Source of the DNA: Candidatus Sulfomarinibacteraceae bacterium
Lineage (GTDB): Bacteria; Acidobacteriota; Thermoanaerobaculia; Thermoanaerobaculales; Sulfomarinibacteraceae
Direction of reading: 5' to 3'
NCBI GenBank assembly: GCA_963796455.1
Contig: CAWCLO010000004.1
Span: forward strand, 320,001 to 384,000
Length of the DNA: 64,000 nucleotides
Under the pieces are notes generated by a model. That model did not search any database. It worked only from the letters and a program-made list of their open reading frames with translations, and was not told where the DNA came from. The position numbers and the translations under genes are program-made. Shown here piece by piece: positions 9,720-19,120 of this stretch (its first letter is position 1; every line of letters begins with the position of its first letter).

Positions 9720-10490
9720 TCAGGGTGTTTCGTGGACCACATCCCACAGATAGTCCTGATGTGACCCGCAGATTTCGTTGAACTCTTTGCCGACCGCCTC
9801 GTGCTTTTTCCCGAACTCTTCGAAGATGGCGGCGCGTGCCGCCATGAGTTGTTTCATGTCGGGCGCTGTCATGGTGGCGACGCGTCGCCATTTGCCGCCC
9901 ACATTGTGTTTCAGCCAGCCCCAGGACGAGAGGGATCCGTCTTTGACAAAACTGTTGTAAATGGGAGCCATGATTTCTTCGACGATCTCGTCGGCTCGGT
10001 CTTCTTCGCTCATTTTGCAATGCATATAAACCGAGAGCGCGGCCTCGCCCCGCTCCTGGGCGATGAGCCCGGCTCCTCGCGAGGTGGGGCCAACCTGCCA
10101 AATATAATCGTCGTGGGGACCACAGATCTCGCCGAATTCTCGTCCCGCGTTGGGATTCTCCTCGGCCACCGCAGATCTGACCGCTCCCGCGGAATCGAGC
10201 AGGGCATCCATGCCCTCAGCGGAGTAATAGAGCACGCGGCGCCATTTGCCGCCGGTATGATGGGCCAGCCAGCCCCAGGACTTGATGGTGCCGTCTTCTA
10301 CCGCGGCATCGTAAATAGGCACGTAGACAGATTCGACGATCTCATCGACCCGCCACTGTCGGCTTGTGTCGCACTCGAAATAGGTGGCGTAGACGAACGT
10401 GGTCGGGGTGTCTTCCTGTGCGCCGGCGGGCGGCGCCACACAGACAATAAAGAGAGCAATCGCAACAAAAGTCAGACTCAAACGACGCAT
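9720..10490 (-). CDS. Exported protein with an internal domain duplication (possible dimeric alpha-beta barrel)
   Basis: Signal peptide; 'SWGWLxHxxGGKWRRV' and 'EICGxHxDYxW' each occur twice. Confidence 0.75.
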   Translation of the reverse strand: MRRLSLTFVAIALFIVCVAPPAGAQEDTPTTFVYATYFECDTSRQWRVDEIVESVYVPIYDAAVEDGTIKSWGWLAHHTGGKWRRVLYYSAEGMDALLDSAGAVRSAVAEENPNAGREFGEICGPHDDYIWQVGPTSRGAGLIAQERGEAALSVYMHCKMSEEDRADEIVEEIMAPIYNSFVKDGSLSSWGWLKHNVGGKWRRVATMTAPDMKQLMAARAAIFEEFGKKHEAVGKEFNEICGSHQDYLWDVVHETP

Positions 10491-10797
10491 GCACAACCTC
10501 CAGGAAGTTGGGCGACCGTTTGATGGTGCCCAACCGGCGGGCAGCGTCAACGTTCGCTGGTCAATATTTGCTCCGGGGACGACCACGAGGTGCCGGTGTC
10601 GCCCGTGCGGCACGCTTCGATACGGTTTTTTTGATCCACGAGTGTGAATCGAGGCTAGTGGGGTTGGTGATGTTTGTCAAGAGACTCAATCTCGTAAAGA
10701 GGTGACGCCAGGCGCGGGAAACCGTCGTCGAAGCTTCTCGATTCAGCTATTGCAGCTGGAGTTGACGTGCGTCAGCTCTGGGTGTATCACCGTGAGT

Positions 10798-12846
10798 ATG
10801 AGTCTGGGGCGTCTCTTCGCAGTTGTCGTTTGTGCGTGCTTGATGGCAGTGACCGCGTTTGCGGCGGATGATCGTCCAGAAATCGCCATCGCGATTCTCG
10901 AAACGACACCGGTCGTCGATGGTGAAATCGGCGATTCGGAATGGTCGCAGGCGACAGTCTCGGATGGACCGTTCATCCAGATCGAGCCGGAGGTCGGTCA
11001 ACCGTCGCCTTTTCGAACCCTTGTCCGGGTCGGGCAGAACGGGACCTCCCTCTTTGTGGCTGTGGAAATGTCCGATCCTGATCCGGACCGCATCGCGGCG
11101 GCCATCACGTCGAGGGACGGAAACCTCGACCAGGACGACGCGGTGGCCATCGCGGTCGATACCTTTCTCGACCGCCGCACGGCATACGGTTTTGCCACCA
11201 ATCTGCTGGGCACACAGCTCGACCTGCGGATCGCCGACAACGGGCGGACGGTGGACGACGAGTGGGATGCTGCCTGGCGTAGTGCGGCTCGGCGCACGGA
11301 CGATGGTTGGACCGCAGAATTCGAGATTCCATTGGACATTCTTCGTTTTCGAAGCGGTTCGGATCAATCCTGGGGATTCACCGTGATCCGTACGGTTCCC
11401 AGGCGTCTGGAAACCTCGACATGGTCCGGGCCCACCGAAGACCTCTGGCGGGTCTCGAGCTTTGGTAGCGTCACCGGTCTCGCGTTGCCGCGGGGGCAGG
11501 GAAAACGCTGGATGGCGATTCCTTACGGCCTGGCAGTGGTGGAAAAGGACGGGACCACCGATTTCGAGGTCGGCGGAGACTTCCGTTGGCGGCCGTCAAA
11601 CTCGCTCGGTGTCGATCTCACCGTCAACCCGGATTTCGCCCTGATCGAGGCGGATGTCGAGGAGATCAACCTGACCCGATTCGAACTCTTCATCCCGGAA
11701 AAACGGCCCTTTTTCCTCGAGGGCAACGAGATGTACAACCAGCGGATCAAACAGTTCTACAGTCGCCGGATCGGAGACATCCCGTGGGGCGCCAAATCCA
11801 CGGGCACATTCGGCAAGACCGATTTCTCGGTAATTGCCACGTCCGAGGACATCGAAGCGGAGGAAAGTGCGGACAGCTCGGCGGACTATGGAGTCGCGCG
11901 TTTTCAACACAGTCTACCCGGAGGGTCGACCCTTGGTCTTCTGGGCGCCAACCGGCGGCTCGATGGTGTCGATCAGGGCTCCATCGGTCTCGACACCACT
12001 CTCTTTTTCACCGAGACCCTGGGGATGACCGCCCAGTTGCTGACCGTCCACGGTCCGGCAGCCGATGGCGGATTGGCATGGTTCATACGACCCGCCTACG
12101 ACAGCACCACCACCCACTTTCACATACGATATACAAACCTCGACCAGAATATCCGCGACGATTTCAATGCTGTTGGTTTTCTCCGTGATGACGATCGCCG
12201 CGAGCTCGACACCAATTTCACCCATACCTTCTGGCTGGATCACGGTGCGGTCGAAAAGGTGAAAGCAGAAGTCAACTACAACCGATATACGAGTCAGGAA
12301 AACGTGCTTCGGAGCTGGGATCTCGATGCGGAAGTCAAGATCGTATTTCGCAACGGGTGGGAGGCAGACATCGAACACGTCGATGAGTTCCAGCTCTTCG
12401 AAAAAGAATTCCGAAACAATCTCACGGAGTTCAAGGTGGGTTGGGACGGGCGCGATGGACGATCTGTTTTTGCTTCCTACGGCACCGGTGTCAATTTTGA
12501 CAGCGACCTCACCCTTTACGGCGCCGAGGTCGAGTGGGCTCTTGGTGAAGCCTTCCGCCTCGGTTACTCACTGACGCGCCTCGTCCTCGACCCCGACCCG
12601 GAAAACGAAACAACCTGGATCCACGTCCTCGAGACCAACTACAACTTCAACCCCGATCTTTACATCAAGCTCTTTTTCCAGACCAACTCGGCCATCGACA
12701 AGGTGAACATCCAGGCGGTGTGGGTGTGGCGGTTCATTCCGCCTTTTGGTTCGCTGCAGGTTGCCTACCAGCGGGGAACCTCGGAGCTTGGCGAAGTCTC
12801 CGACCAGGGCGACACCCTTTTTACCAAGCTGTCGTGGGTTTTCTGA
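10798..12846 (+). CDS. CBM9-like domain plus DUF5916 outer-membrane protein
   Basis: 'PVVDGEIGDSEW', 'GWTAEFEIP', 'DLTVNPDF', 'PEKRPFFLEG', 'FYSRRIG'; C-terminal Phe. Confidence 0.85.
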   Translation: MSLGRLFAVVVCACLMAVTAFAADDRPEIAIAILETTPVVDGEIGDSEWSQATVSDGPFIQIEPEVGQPSPFRTLVRVGQNGTSLFVAVEMSDPDPDRIAAAITSRDGNLDQDDAVAIAVDTFLDRRTAYGFATNLLGTQLDLRIADNGRTVDDEWDAAWRSAARRTDDGWTAEFEIPLDILRFRSGSDQSWGFTVIRTVPRRLETSTWSGPTEDLWRVSSFGSVTGLALPRGQGKRWMAIPYGLAVVEKDGTTDFEVGGDFRWRPSNSLGVDLTVNPDFALIEADVEEINLTRFELFIPEKRPFFLEGNEMYNQRIKQFYSRRIGDIPWGAKSTGTFGKTDFSVIATSEDIEAEESADSSADYGVARFQHSLPGGSTLGLLGANRRLDGVDQGSIGLDTTLFFTETLGMTAQLLTVHGPAADGGLAWFIRPAYDSTTTHFHIRYTNLDQNIRDDFNAVGFLRDDDRRELDTNFTHTFWLDHGAVEKVKAEVNYNRYTSQENVLRSWDLDAEVKIVFRNGWEADIEHVDEFQLFEKEFRNNLTEFKVGWDGRDGRSVFASYGTGVNFDSDLTLYGAEVEWALGEAFRLGYSLTRLVLDPDPENETTWIHVLETNYNFNPDLYIKLFFQTNSAIDKVNIQAVWVWRFIPPFGSLQVAYQRGTSELGEVSDQGDTLFTKLSWVF

Positions 12847-12848
12847 CT

Positions 12849-14285
12849 TCAGGGCACCGTGTTCGACCAGGCGCTGGAGTCACCCGATCCAAAGCCGTCC
12901 GCAAAGACCATCCGGTTTTCGATGACGAGGGATACCGCGCGGATGCGGGTGTCGGAATCACTGCCGAGTTCGACCGCCACCTGATAGGTGGCACTCGTGT
13001 TGTCGATGACCTCGGGCGTTACCAGATCGATCCCCGGCTGGGCGGACCCGGGCGTACCGCTGGTGCTGACGGCGGCAACTTCGGAGCATGACGTTGCACC
13101 AACCGGGCAGCGCGAAAAAGAAACCCGAACATCCACGGCATCGTTGTCCCATGAAGAGAACTCGAGCCGCGAGACCGTCGTACCCGAAGCAAGTTCGACC
13201 GGGGCGATGAGAACACAGGCGAGGCCCTGGCAGTAACGATCGCCGCCGAAGGCCTCGACCGCGTCGATGTCGTTGGCGGATCGACCTTCAAATGCGAATG
13301 GATTGATCGCCAGGCGGTCAAAGCGGGGGAAAACCGAGGGGGACTCGAACTCGATTCGTGCCCCAATCAGCCGCGTCGAGTTGGTCTGGCCGAGGGTGAC
13401 CTCGGTGATGTAGGTCGCCGTCGTGTTGTTGACCGTCTCCGGAGAATTCAGATCCACGCCGATCTGGGAAGTGCCTGGAGTTCCGCTCGTGGCGAGAGAC
13501 GCGAGCGGGGCGCACGCCCCGGTGGCGATCTGGCAGCGAGAGAGACTCAACCCGACATCTGCCGAGCCCGTATCAACCGAGTCGAGTTCGATCCGGGTGA
13601 GCCGCGAACCGGAGGGGAGCTCGACTGGAGCGCTCAGTGTGCAGGTCTCGCCGCTACAGTAGCGTTGGATGCTGACGGCTGCGAGTGATGACCTGCCGGT
13701 GGCGGAACGCGCCTCGTGCGCAAAAGGGTTGAGCGCCAGGGTGTCGGTCGTGGGGCGGGATTCCGGCGCTCTGAAAAACACCCTGGCGCCGACGAGACGG
13801 GTCTGCGAGTCGTCGCCCGGAGCCACCTCGAAGAGATAGGTGTAGTCGTCGTTGTTGACCGTTTCCGGTGTCCCGAGATCAATGCCGATCTGGGTGGCGC
13901 CTGCGGCACCGCTGGTCGTAATCTCGGCGAGTGGCTCGTCACACCCCTGGGTCCCCACGGGGCAGCGATAAAAGTTTGCTTTGACGTCGTTGACGGTGCT
14001 GTCATCGACTACATCGAGCTCGATTCGGGTCACGATCGAGCCCGACGGTAGCTCGACCGGCGCTTCCAATCCGCACAGGGCCAACCCGTCGCAGTATCGC
14101 TGTACCCCCGAGACCATGAGGGCGTTCATGTCGATCGATTCGAGGCCCTCAAAGGCAAAGGGATGGATTGCCAGGACGCCGTCCACCGCAGCCAGGTTAT
14201 TGAAGTGTTTGGTGGGTCGCGGTTGCTCGGCCGATGCGGTCCCCAGCATCACCAAAGAGGCCAGTGCGAAGAATTGGAAGGCCAT
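12849..14285 (-). CDS. Secreted protein with three tandem Cys-containing repeats and a C-terminal FADGFGSG motif (start uncertain)
   Basis: Three copies of 'LAxxPFAxE...RYC...C.L.APVELxSG...R.E...RC...C...TSG...GxDLxxPE'. Confidence 0.75.
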   Translation of the reverse strand: MAFQFFALASLVMLGTASAEQPRPTKHFNNLAAVDGVLAIHPFAFEGLESIDMNALMVSGVQRYCDGLALCGLEAPVELPSGSIVTRIELDVVDDSTVNDVKANFYRCPVGTQGCDEPLAEITTSGAAGATQIGIDLGTPETVNNDDYTYLFEVAPGDDSQTRLVGARVFFRAPESRPTTDTLALNPFAHEARSATGRSSLAAVSIQRYCSGETCTLSAPVELPSGSRLTRIELDSVDTGSADVGLSLSRCQIATGACAPLASLATSGTPGTSQIGVDLNSPETVNNTTATYITEVTLGQTNSTRLIGARIEFESPSVFPRFDRLAINPFAFEGRSANDIDAVEAFGGDRYCQGLACVLIAPVELASGTTVSRLEFSSWDNDAVDVRVSFSRCPVGATSCSEVAAVSTSGTPGSAQPGIDLVTPEVIDNTSATYQVAVELGSDSDTRIRAVSLVIENRMVFADGFGSGDSSAWSNTVP

Positions 14286-14463
14286 CAACCGGGCGGGCCG
14301 ACACCTTGGTACTCCGGGACGTGGATTGATGTGCACGGCACAAGAGTAGCGCGACTCTTGTTTTCCGGCGTGACGCGGATCATCCGAGGACCAAAGAAGG
14401 GAATGCCGTCGGCGGTGAATTGTTGCTCTGAGTGTCAAATACCAACCTACGAGGAGTCGACCC

Positions 14464-15240
14464 ATGAAGAGAGCCTCGATCTTGTCTGTCGCGATTGTTT
14501 TTTCAGCGTGTTGTGGGCTCGCCGGCCTGGCGATGGCCGGGGATGAAGCTTCGGCGGAGCGTCTGGCGGGGACCGTGCTGATTACGGGCGCGAACCGTGG
14601 TCTCGGGCTGGAGTTTGCCCGCCAGTTCAAGGATCAAGGTTGGAAGGTCATCGCCACCGCGCGAAACCCAGATAAGGCCGTTGATCTGAAGGCGCTCGAC
14701 GTGGAGGTGTTGCGACTCGACGTGACGGACACGAAGGGGATCGAAGATCTGGCGCAAAAGCTCGAGGGCCGAGCCATCGATCTGTTGATCAACAACGCCG
14801 GGATTTTTCCACGGGTGGACACCCTGGCGGAGACCGATTTCGACGATGTGGCCCGGACCCTGGCCGTCAATGTCATCGGTCCGATGAAGGTGACGAGGGC
14901 GCTCCTGCCGAATCTCCGTCTGAGTGAGGCCAAACAGATCGTCAGTATCACCAGCGGTCTCGGTAGCATCGCCCTCAACACGGGCGGCCGCTTTTACGGC
15001 TACCGGGAGAGCAAGGCGGCGCTCAATATGTTCACCCGTTCCCTGGCGGCTGAGTTGGCCGACGAGGGGTTTACCTGCATCGTCATGAGCCCCGGGTGGG
15101 TACAAACCGATATGGGTGGGCCGAATGCCAACCTGACGCCCGAGCAGTCCATAACCGGGATGCGCAAGGTCATCGGCAGCCTGACGGCGGAAGACAACGG
15201 AAGCTATTGGAATTACAACGGCGAAAAGCTGCCCTGGTGA
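14464..15240 (+). CDS. SDR family oxidoreductase (C-factor/CsgA-like) with N-terminal signal-like extension
   Basis: TGANRGLG, NNAG, YRESK (YxxxK), PGWVQTDMGG. Confidence 0.9.
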   Translation: MKRASILSVAIVFSACCGLAGLAMAGDEASAERLAGTVLITGANRGLGLEFARQFKDQGWKVIATARNPDKAVDLKALDVEVLRLDVTDTKGIEDLAQKLEGRAIDLLINNAGIFPRVDTLAETDFDDVARTLAVNVIGPMKVTRALLPNLRLSEAKQIVSITSGLGSIALNTGGRFYGYRESKAALNMFTRSLAAELADEGFTCIVMSPGWVQTDMGGPNANLTPEQSITGMRKVIGSLTAEDNGSYWNYNGEKLPW

Positions 15241-15246
15241 GTCGCG

Positions 15247-16148
15247 GGATACTCGATGCTGGATTCTGGATGCTGGATCGTGCCGCGTTTCGGAGAAACC
15301 GCAGATAACGCAGATGAACGCAGATCAGGCATCCAGTATCTAGCATCAAGCATCACTCTTATCCAAAACAGTGTCTGGGACAGGGTCAGGGACAGCGACG
15401 GGGAACGGCAGACAGCGAACAGGAGCCAGCGGCAGCATTCAGTCATCAGCGACAGCGCCGGCAACTGCACTTACATTTTCGGGTTCAACAGACGCCAGGT
15501 CATGGCACGGACCTGATCGAAGGCCTTCATCGCATCATTTGCTCCGTTCGGGCTGATCGCCCCGGCGTGGGCGAGGAGCTGCAAGTGGCTGTCGACCTCT
15601 TTCGCCGAGGCGTAGGCGATTCTCCAGTGGTTGGATCGGTCTCTTCCGACTCGGCCGTGCCCTTCTGCCAGATTCGCAGGGACTGAACTCGCTGACCGGA
15701 CGACCTGATCGGCTATGGATTTCAGCGGAGCGGGAACTCTCATCACGAGTTTGATCGCGATTCCTGCTGCTTCGAGGGCTTTCGAGTGGACAACGAGGTT
15801 GGTGTTCGTGGCGGCGTTGGACATGGTCACCTCCGGGTCGTTCATGCGCATATCCACAAGCCGGTGTGGCGGCCGATGTCAAGGATGCCCTGCACCCTGC
15901 CTGTCCTTGACATCGGCCGCCCACCGGCTACCCCTTCTGTTGAACGACCCGGAGGTGGCCATTTCGTCGCATGAAATCCAGACTGCTGCCGCTGCTCTCC
16001 GTCGCTGAACACTGACCGCTGTCCCTGTTCGCTGTAGCCTGTCGCTGACGCTGGACCCTGTCGCTGCCGCTGCAATTCGGGATTGGGAACGGGATCGAAA
16101 AAGATGGAGACGTTTCTCGTCGTTCATCTGCGCGATCTGCGGTTTCTC
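15247..16148 (-). mobile_element. Gene-bearing four-helix-bundle cassette (E2)
   Basis: 28-bp inverted repeats at 15293-15320 and 16121-16148 (26/28 match), CAGCG-rich inverted arms, nested hairpin at 15824-15961; homologous along its length to 25821-26618. Confidence 0.75.
15471..15824 (-). CDS. Four-helix bundle protein (23S rRNA IVS protein / Avd-like family)
   Basis: 'DQVVRSASSVPANLAEGHGR...IAYASAKEV' family motif; GGAGG five nt before the ATG. Confidence 0.88.
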   Translation of the reverse strand: MSNAATNTNLVVHSKALEAAGIAIKLVMRVPAPLKSIADQVVRSASSVPANLAEGHGRVGRDRSNHWRIAYASAKEVDSHLQLLAHAGAISPNGANDAMKAFDQVRAMTWRLLNPKM

Positions 16149-16165
16149 AGGCGCAGGATTGTCGG

Positions 16166-17605
16166 CTAGTCAGAGATCCCCACGAAGCGTAGAAGGTGTT
16201 TCCGGAACTGTGCCGCGAGACCGGCCGGTGAGATGAGGGCTCCGGTCTCGTCGCGCAGTGCTTCGCCTTCAAGACGGCGCACCGCCATCTTTTCAGCCAG
16301 CTGATCGGCGAGTTCGGTGTGGTGTTCGAGGAGATCGTGGAGGCCGGAATCGTCGACTTCGATCACTTCGAGGAATTGGTCGGAGGCCCTGACGGTGGCT
16401 GTTCTCAGACTTCCGGTCAGGAAGGCCATCTCGCCAAAGAGATCACCTTTGGTGAGGGTGGCGAGGTCTCGCCCCTCCTGCTCGACAGCGGCCGATCCGG
16501 CGGCCACCAGGTAGAGGGCGGTGGATTCTTCTCCGGTCTGCACCACCGCTTCCCCTGGCGCATAACGATGCAGGCTCGAGGCCTCCGCCAGAGCGACGAG
16601 GGCCTCCTCGGGGATTTCTGCAAACAGTTCACAGGCCGCCAGGGCTTCTCGCCGTCGGTCCTGGGAGTCTGAGCTTTCGACCCGACGCGGTCGGTGCAAC
16701 GTGCGCTGGGGGAATGGAATCTCCATGCCGGTCCTGGCCAGTGCCGCGTGCGCACGAGTGAGAAAGGCATCGGTCAGATCTTCGCGCCGCCACGGCGTTC
16801 GCGTCCACAACCGGCACTCGTAGACCACCGCACTGTCGGCAAATTCGACGGTGAGGATTCTCGGTGCGGGAGTCGCCAGCACACCGGGAATATCGATCGC
16901 GACCTGGCGGAACACCTCTTTGGCGGCATCCGGCGGCACACCGTAGGCGACACCCAGGCGGACGGCAACGGCTGCCGGGCGTTCACCTGAGCCGAGGATG
17001 GTGACCCGAGCAGAGCCCACATCCGAATTCGGAACCAGCATGCGTTCGCCGAGGCGGGTTCGCATGAGAAGTGACCGCCATCCGGTCTGTTCGATAATGC
17101 CGACCCGGCCGTCGAATTCGACCCAGGTACCGATGGAAAGACGTTGTTCCCACGCCAGGGCGAGGCCGGCGAGCAGGTTGCCGAGAGTCTGTTGCAGAGC
17201 CAACCCGACGACCACCGTAATGACCGCCGAGGTGGCAATCAGACCTGTGATTTCAACACCTAGATTTCGCAACAGAAAAAGGCCCAGCAGGAGATAGACA
17301 GCGAGGGCTACGACTTCGCGTACCAGGCGCGGTGGGGTCACTCCCATTCGACGGATGAGAACCCAGTCGAAGATGATCATCAGACTGCCCCGCGCAACCA
17401 GAAAACCGAGCGACAGCACCAACGCCACCTCGGTCCAACGGATCAGAACTTGGTCGGCGGCGAACTGCGAGGCCAGGAGATGGGCCAGGGCTGCCGCGGC
17501 CGTCAGAAACAAAGGCAAGGTCAAAGCACGGAGCCGTTTGAGCGGTTCGGCGCGCAGCACGATGGCCACGACAACGGTGACGACGATCAGGATGGCATCC
17601 AACAT
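16166..17605 (-). CDS. Mechanosensitive channel MscS with C-terminal cNMP-binding domain
   Basis: 'VVGLALQQTLGNLLAGL', 'GWRS', 'IPFPQR'; 'FGEMAFLTG..RTATVRA'. Confidence 0.9.
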   Translation of the reverse strand: MLDAILIVVTVVVAIVLRAEPLKRLRALTLPLFLTAAAALAHLLASQFAADQVLIRWTEVALVLSLGFLVARGSLMIIFDWVLIRRMGVTPPRLVREVVALAVYLLLGLFLLRNLGVEITGLIATSAVITVVVGLALQQTLGNLLAGLALAWEQRLSIGTWVEFDGRVGIIEQTGWRSLLMRTRLGERMLVPNSDVGSARVTILGSGERPAAVAVRLGVAYGVPPDAAKEVFRQVAIDIPGVLATPAPRILTVEFADSAVVYECRLWTRTPWRREDLTDAFLTRAHAALARTGMEIPFPQRTLHRPRRVESSDSQDRRREALAACELFAEIPEEALVALAEASSLHRYAPGEAVVQTGEESTALYLVAAGSAAVEQEGRDLATLTKGDLFGEMAFLTGSLRTATVRASDQFLEVIEVDDSGLHDLLEHHTELADQLAEKMAVRRLEGEALRDETGALISPAGLAAQFRKHLLRFVGISD

Positions 17606-17713
17606 GGGGCCATAGTACCCAAACACCGATGCGGAATCACTCGTTTGGCCTTATCGCTTTCGGCCGGAAATGAGTTTGACGGCCTCGCCATTCACATTTC
17701 AGGAGGCCGGGAG

Positions 17714-17851
17714 ATGGGCATATTCAAGGTGCGGTCGGATTCGGACGAGAACCGCCTTGACACCAGCTTTGGTGGGATTTTCGAGGAGCACGAGTCGGTG
17801 AGCTACGCGGGATCGATCGCCGAAGCGGACGCGATCCTCGACAACCGGTGA
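17714..17851 (+). CDS. Possible small protein (45 aa) or gene remnant
   Basis: AGGAGG at 17701-17706 ahead of ATG; fills the gap between two genes; no recognisable motif. Confidence 0.3.
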   Translation: MGIFKVRSDSDENRLDTSFGGIFEEHESVSYAGSIAEADAILDNR

Positions 17852-17857
17852 GCCCGC

Positions 17858-18526
17858 CTATTTTCTGTAGTTCGAGTTCTCGGTGTCGATTCGCAGCTCG
17901 AGACCCTTCCACGTGGTCACGGTGGATGACCGGGCGACATAGTTCGGGCCGTAGTCCATGCTGCCAAAAGTGACGTCGAGGGTGAGGGGCTGGCCTTCGT
18001 TGCTGGTGGCGACCGACATGCTCAGGGGCCGCTGGCTGGAGCGGACCAGGGTGACCTGGACGGTGTCACCCGCGTTGACCACATCCTTCGCGTTGAGAAG
18101 GATCTCTTCATCTTTTGCGGTTGCGGTCGCCGACGATACGGCCTTCTCCGCAAACAGCGGTCCCAGGTAGACATCGAGTTGCTCCCTGGCTTTTCTGATG
18201 AACTCGATCGCAGCTTCACGGTCTTTTTTTGAAAGCTTCTTTCCGTCGGGAAACCGCACCTTCTCCTTTGTGACTGTGCTCCCGGTCTGGAGTTTTTCGA
18301 GAAAGCCGTTGACGTTGTATCGTGACGAATAGGTGTCGGTCTGTTTCGGGACCCCGTCAACCGAATAGACGATCTTCGAATCCCATGCGTAGAGTCGAAT
18401 CTCTTCCTGGTTCTTTTTCATCTGGGCTGACATAGCTCGAAGATCGAAACCGTCCTGTGCGGGGACGTCGGTAGCAGAGATCATCAGCCCAATCGCGAAC
18501 GCGAACAACATTTTCAATCGATTCAC
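17858..18526 (-). CDS. Hypothetical exported protein
   Basis: GTG start after a purine-rich RBS, signal peptide, about 220 aa open frame. Confidence 0.7.
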   Translation of the reverse strand: MNRLKMLFAFAIGLMISATDVPAQDGFDLRAMSAQMKKNQEEIRLYAWDSKIVYSVDGVPKQTDTYSSRYNVNGFLEKLQTGSTVTKEKVRFPDGKKLSKKDREAAIEFIRKAREQLDVYLGPLFAEKAVSSATATAKDEEILLNAKDVVNAGDTVQVTLVRSSQRPLSMSVATSNEGQPLTLDVTFGSMDYGPNYVARSSTVTTWKGLELRIDTENSNYRK

Positions 18527-18679
18527 CTTCTCACTCCCTTCGCATCCAAGGCCCCTAAGCAGGTGTTGCAGGTTACCATGGGGGGCCGGGGATTCCGGAT
18601 GTTCGGGTTCCCGCTGTACAGAACATACCGTCACGTGAATTTGCTGACTCAACAGCACCAGAATAGCGGTTGAGGGTTT

Positions 18680-19050
18680 TTGGCATATCCGGTTCGCGGT
18701 TGTCCGTGCCCGTGCCCGTGCCCGCGTCCGCGTCCGAATTGCAGCGGCAGCGACAGTGTCCAGCGTCAGCGACAGGCAACAGCGAACAGGGACAGCGGCA
18801 GTGACCAGCGACAGGGAACAGCGGTCGGCGATCAGTAGTCAGCGATCGGCGGCAGCGATCAGGTGCAGCGACGGCGTGGCTCTTCCTCCGACGAGCCTCC
18901 CAAGATTAAGGTGTCACCCATGTCCCTAGAACAAAGTGTTACCCATGTCTCCGGGTCGTACCCTTCTGTTAGCTGACCTTGTCCGCTGTCGCCGTTCCCC
19001 GTCCCCGTCCCCGGTCGCTGTCTGAGACCCTGTCCTGGACGAGAGTGATG
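18680..19050 (+). mobile_element. Gene-less cassette copy (E3) whose core resembles an IS481-family end
   Basis: TTGGCATATCC...CCGAATTGCAGCGGCAGCGACAGTGTCCAGCG left part and GTCGCTGTCTGAGACCCTGTCCTGGACGAGAGTGATG right end match other copies; direct repeat GTGT(C/T)ACCCATGTC at 18911 and 18936. Confidence 0.7.
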
Positions 19051-19120
19051 TTCCATCGAAGACTGCGGTTCCGATCGACGCGAGAGGCGGGGTAGAATGC
19101 GTGTCCGACTGGAGGACGAC

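Noticed and set aside
15471..15857. True 23S rRNA intervening sequence
   Set aside because: No rRNA sequence flanks either four-helix gene; both lie between protein-coding genes.
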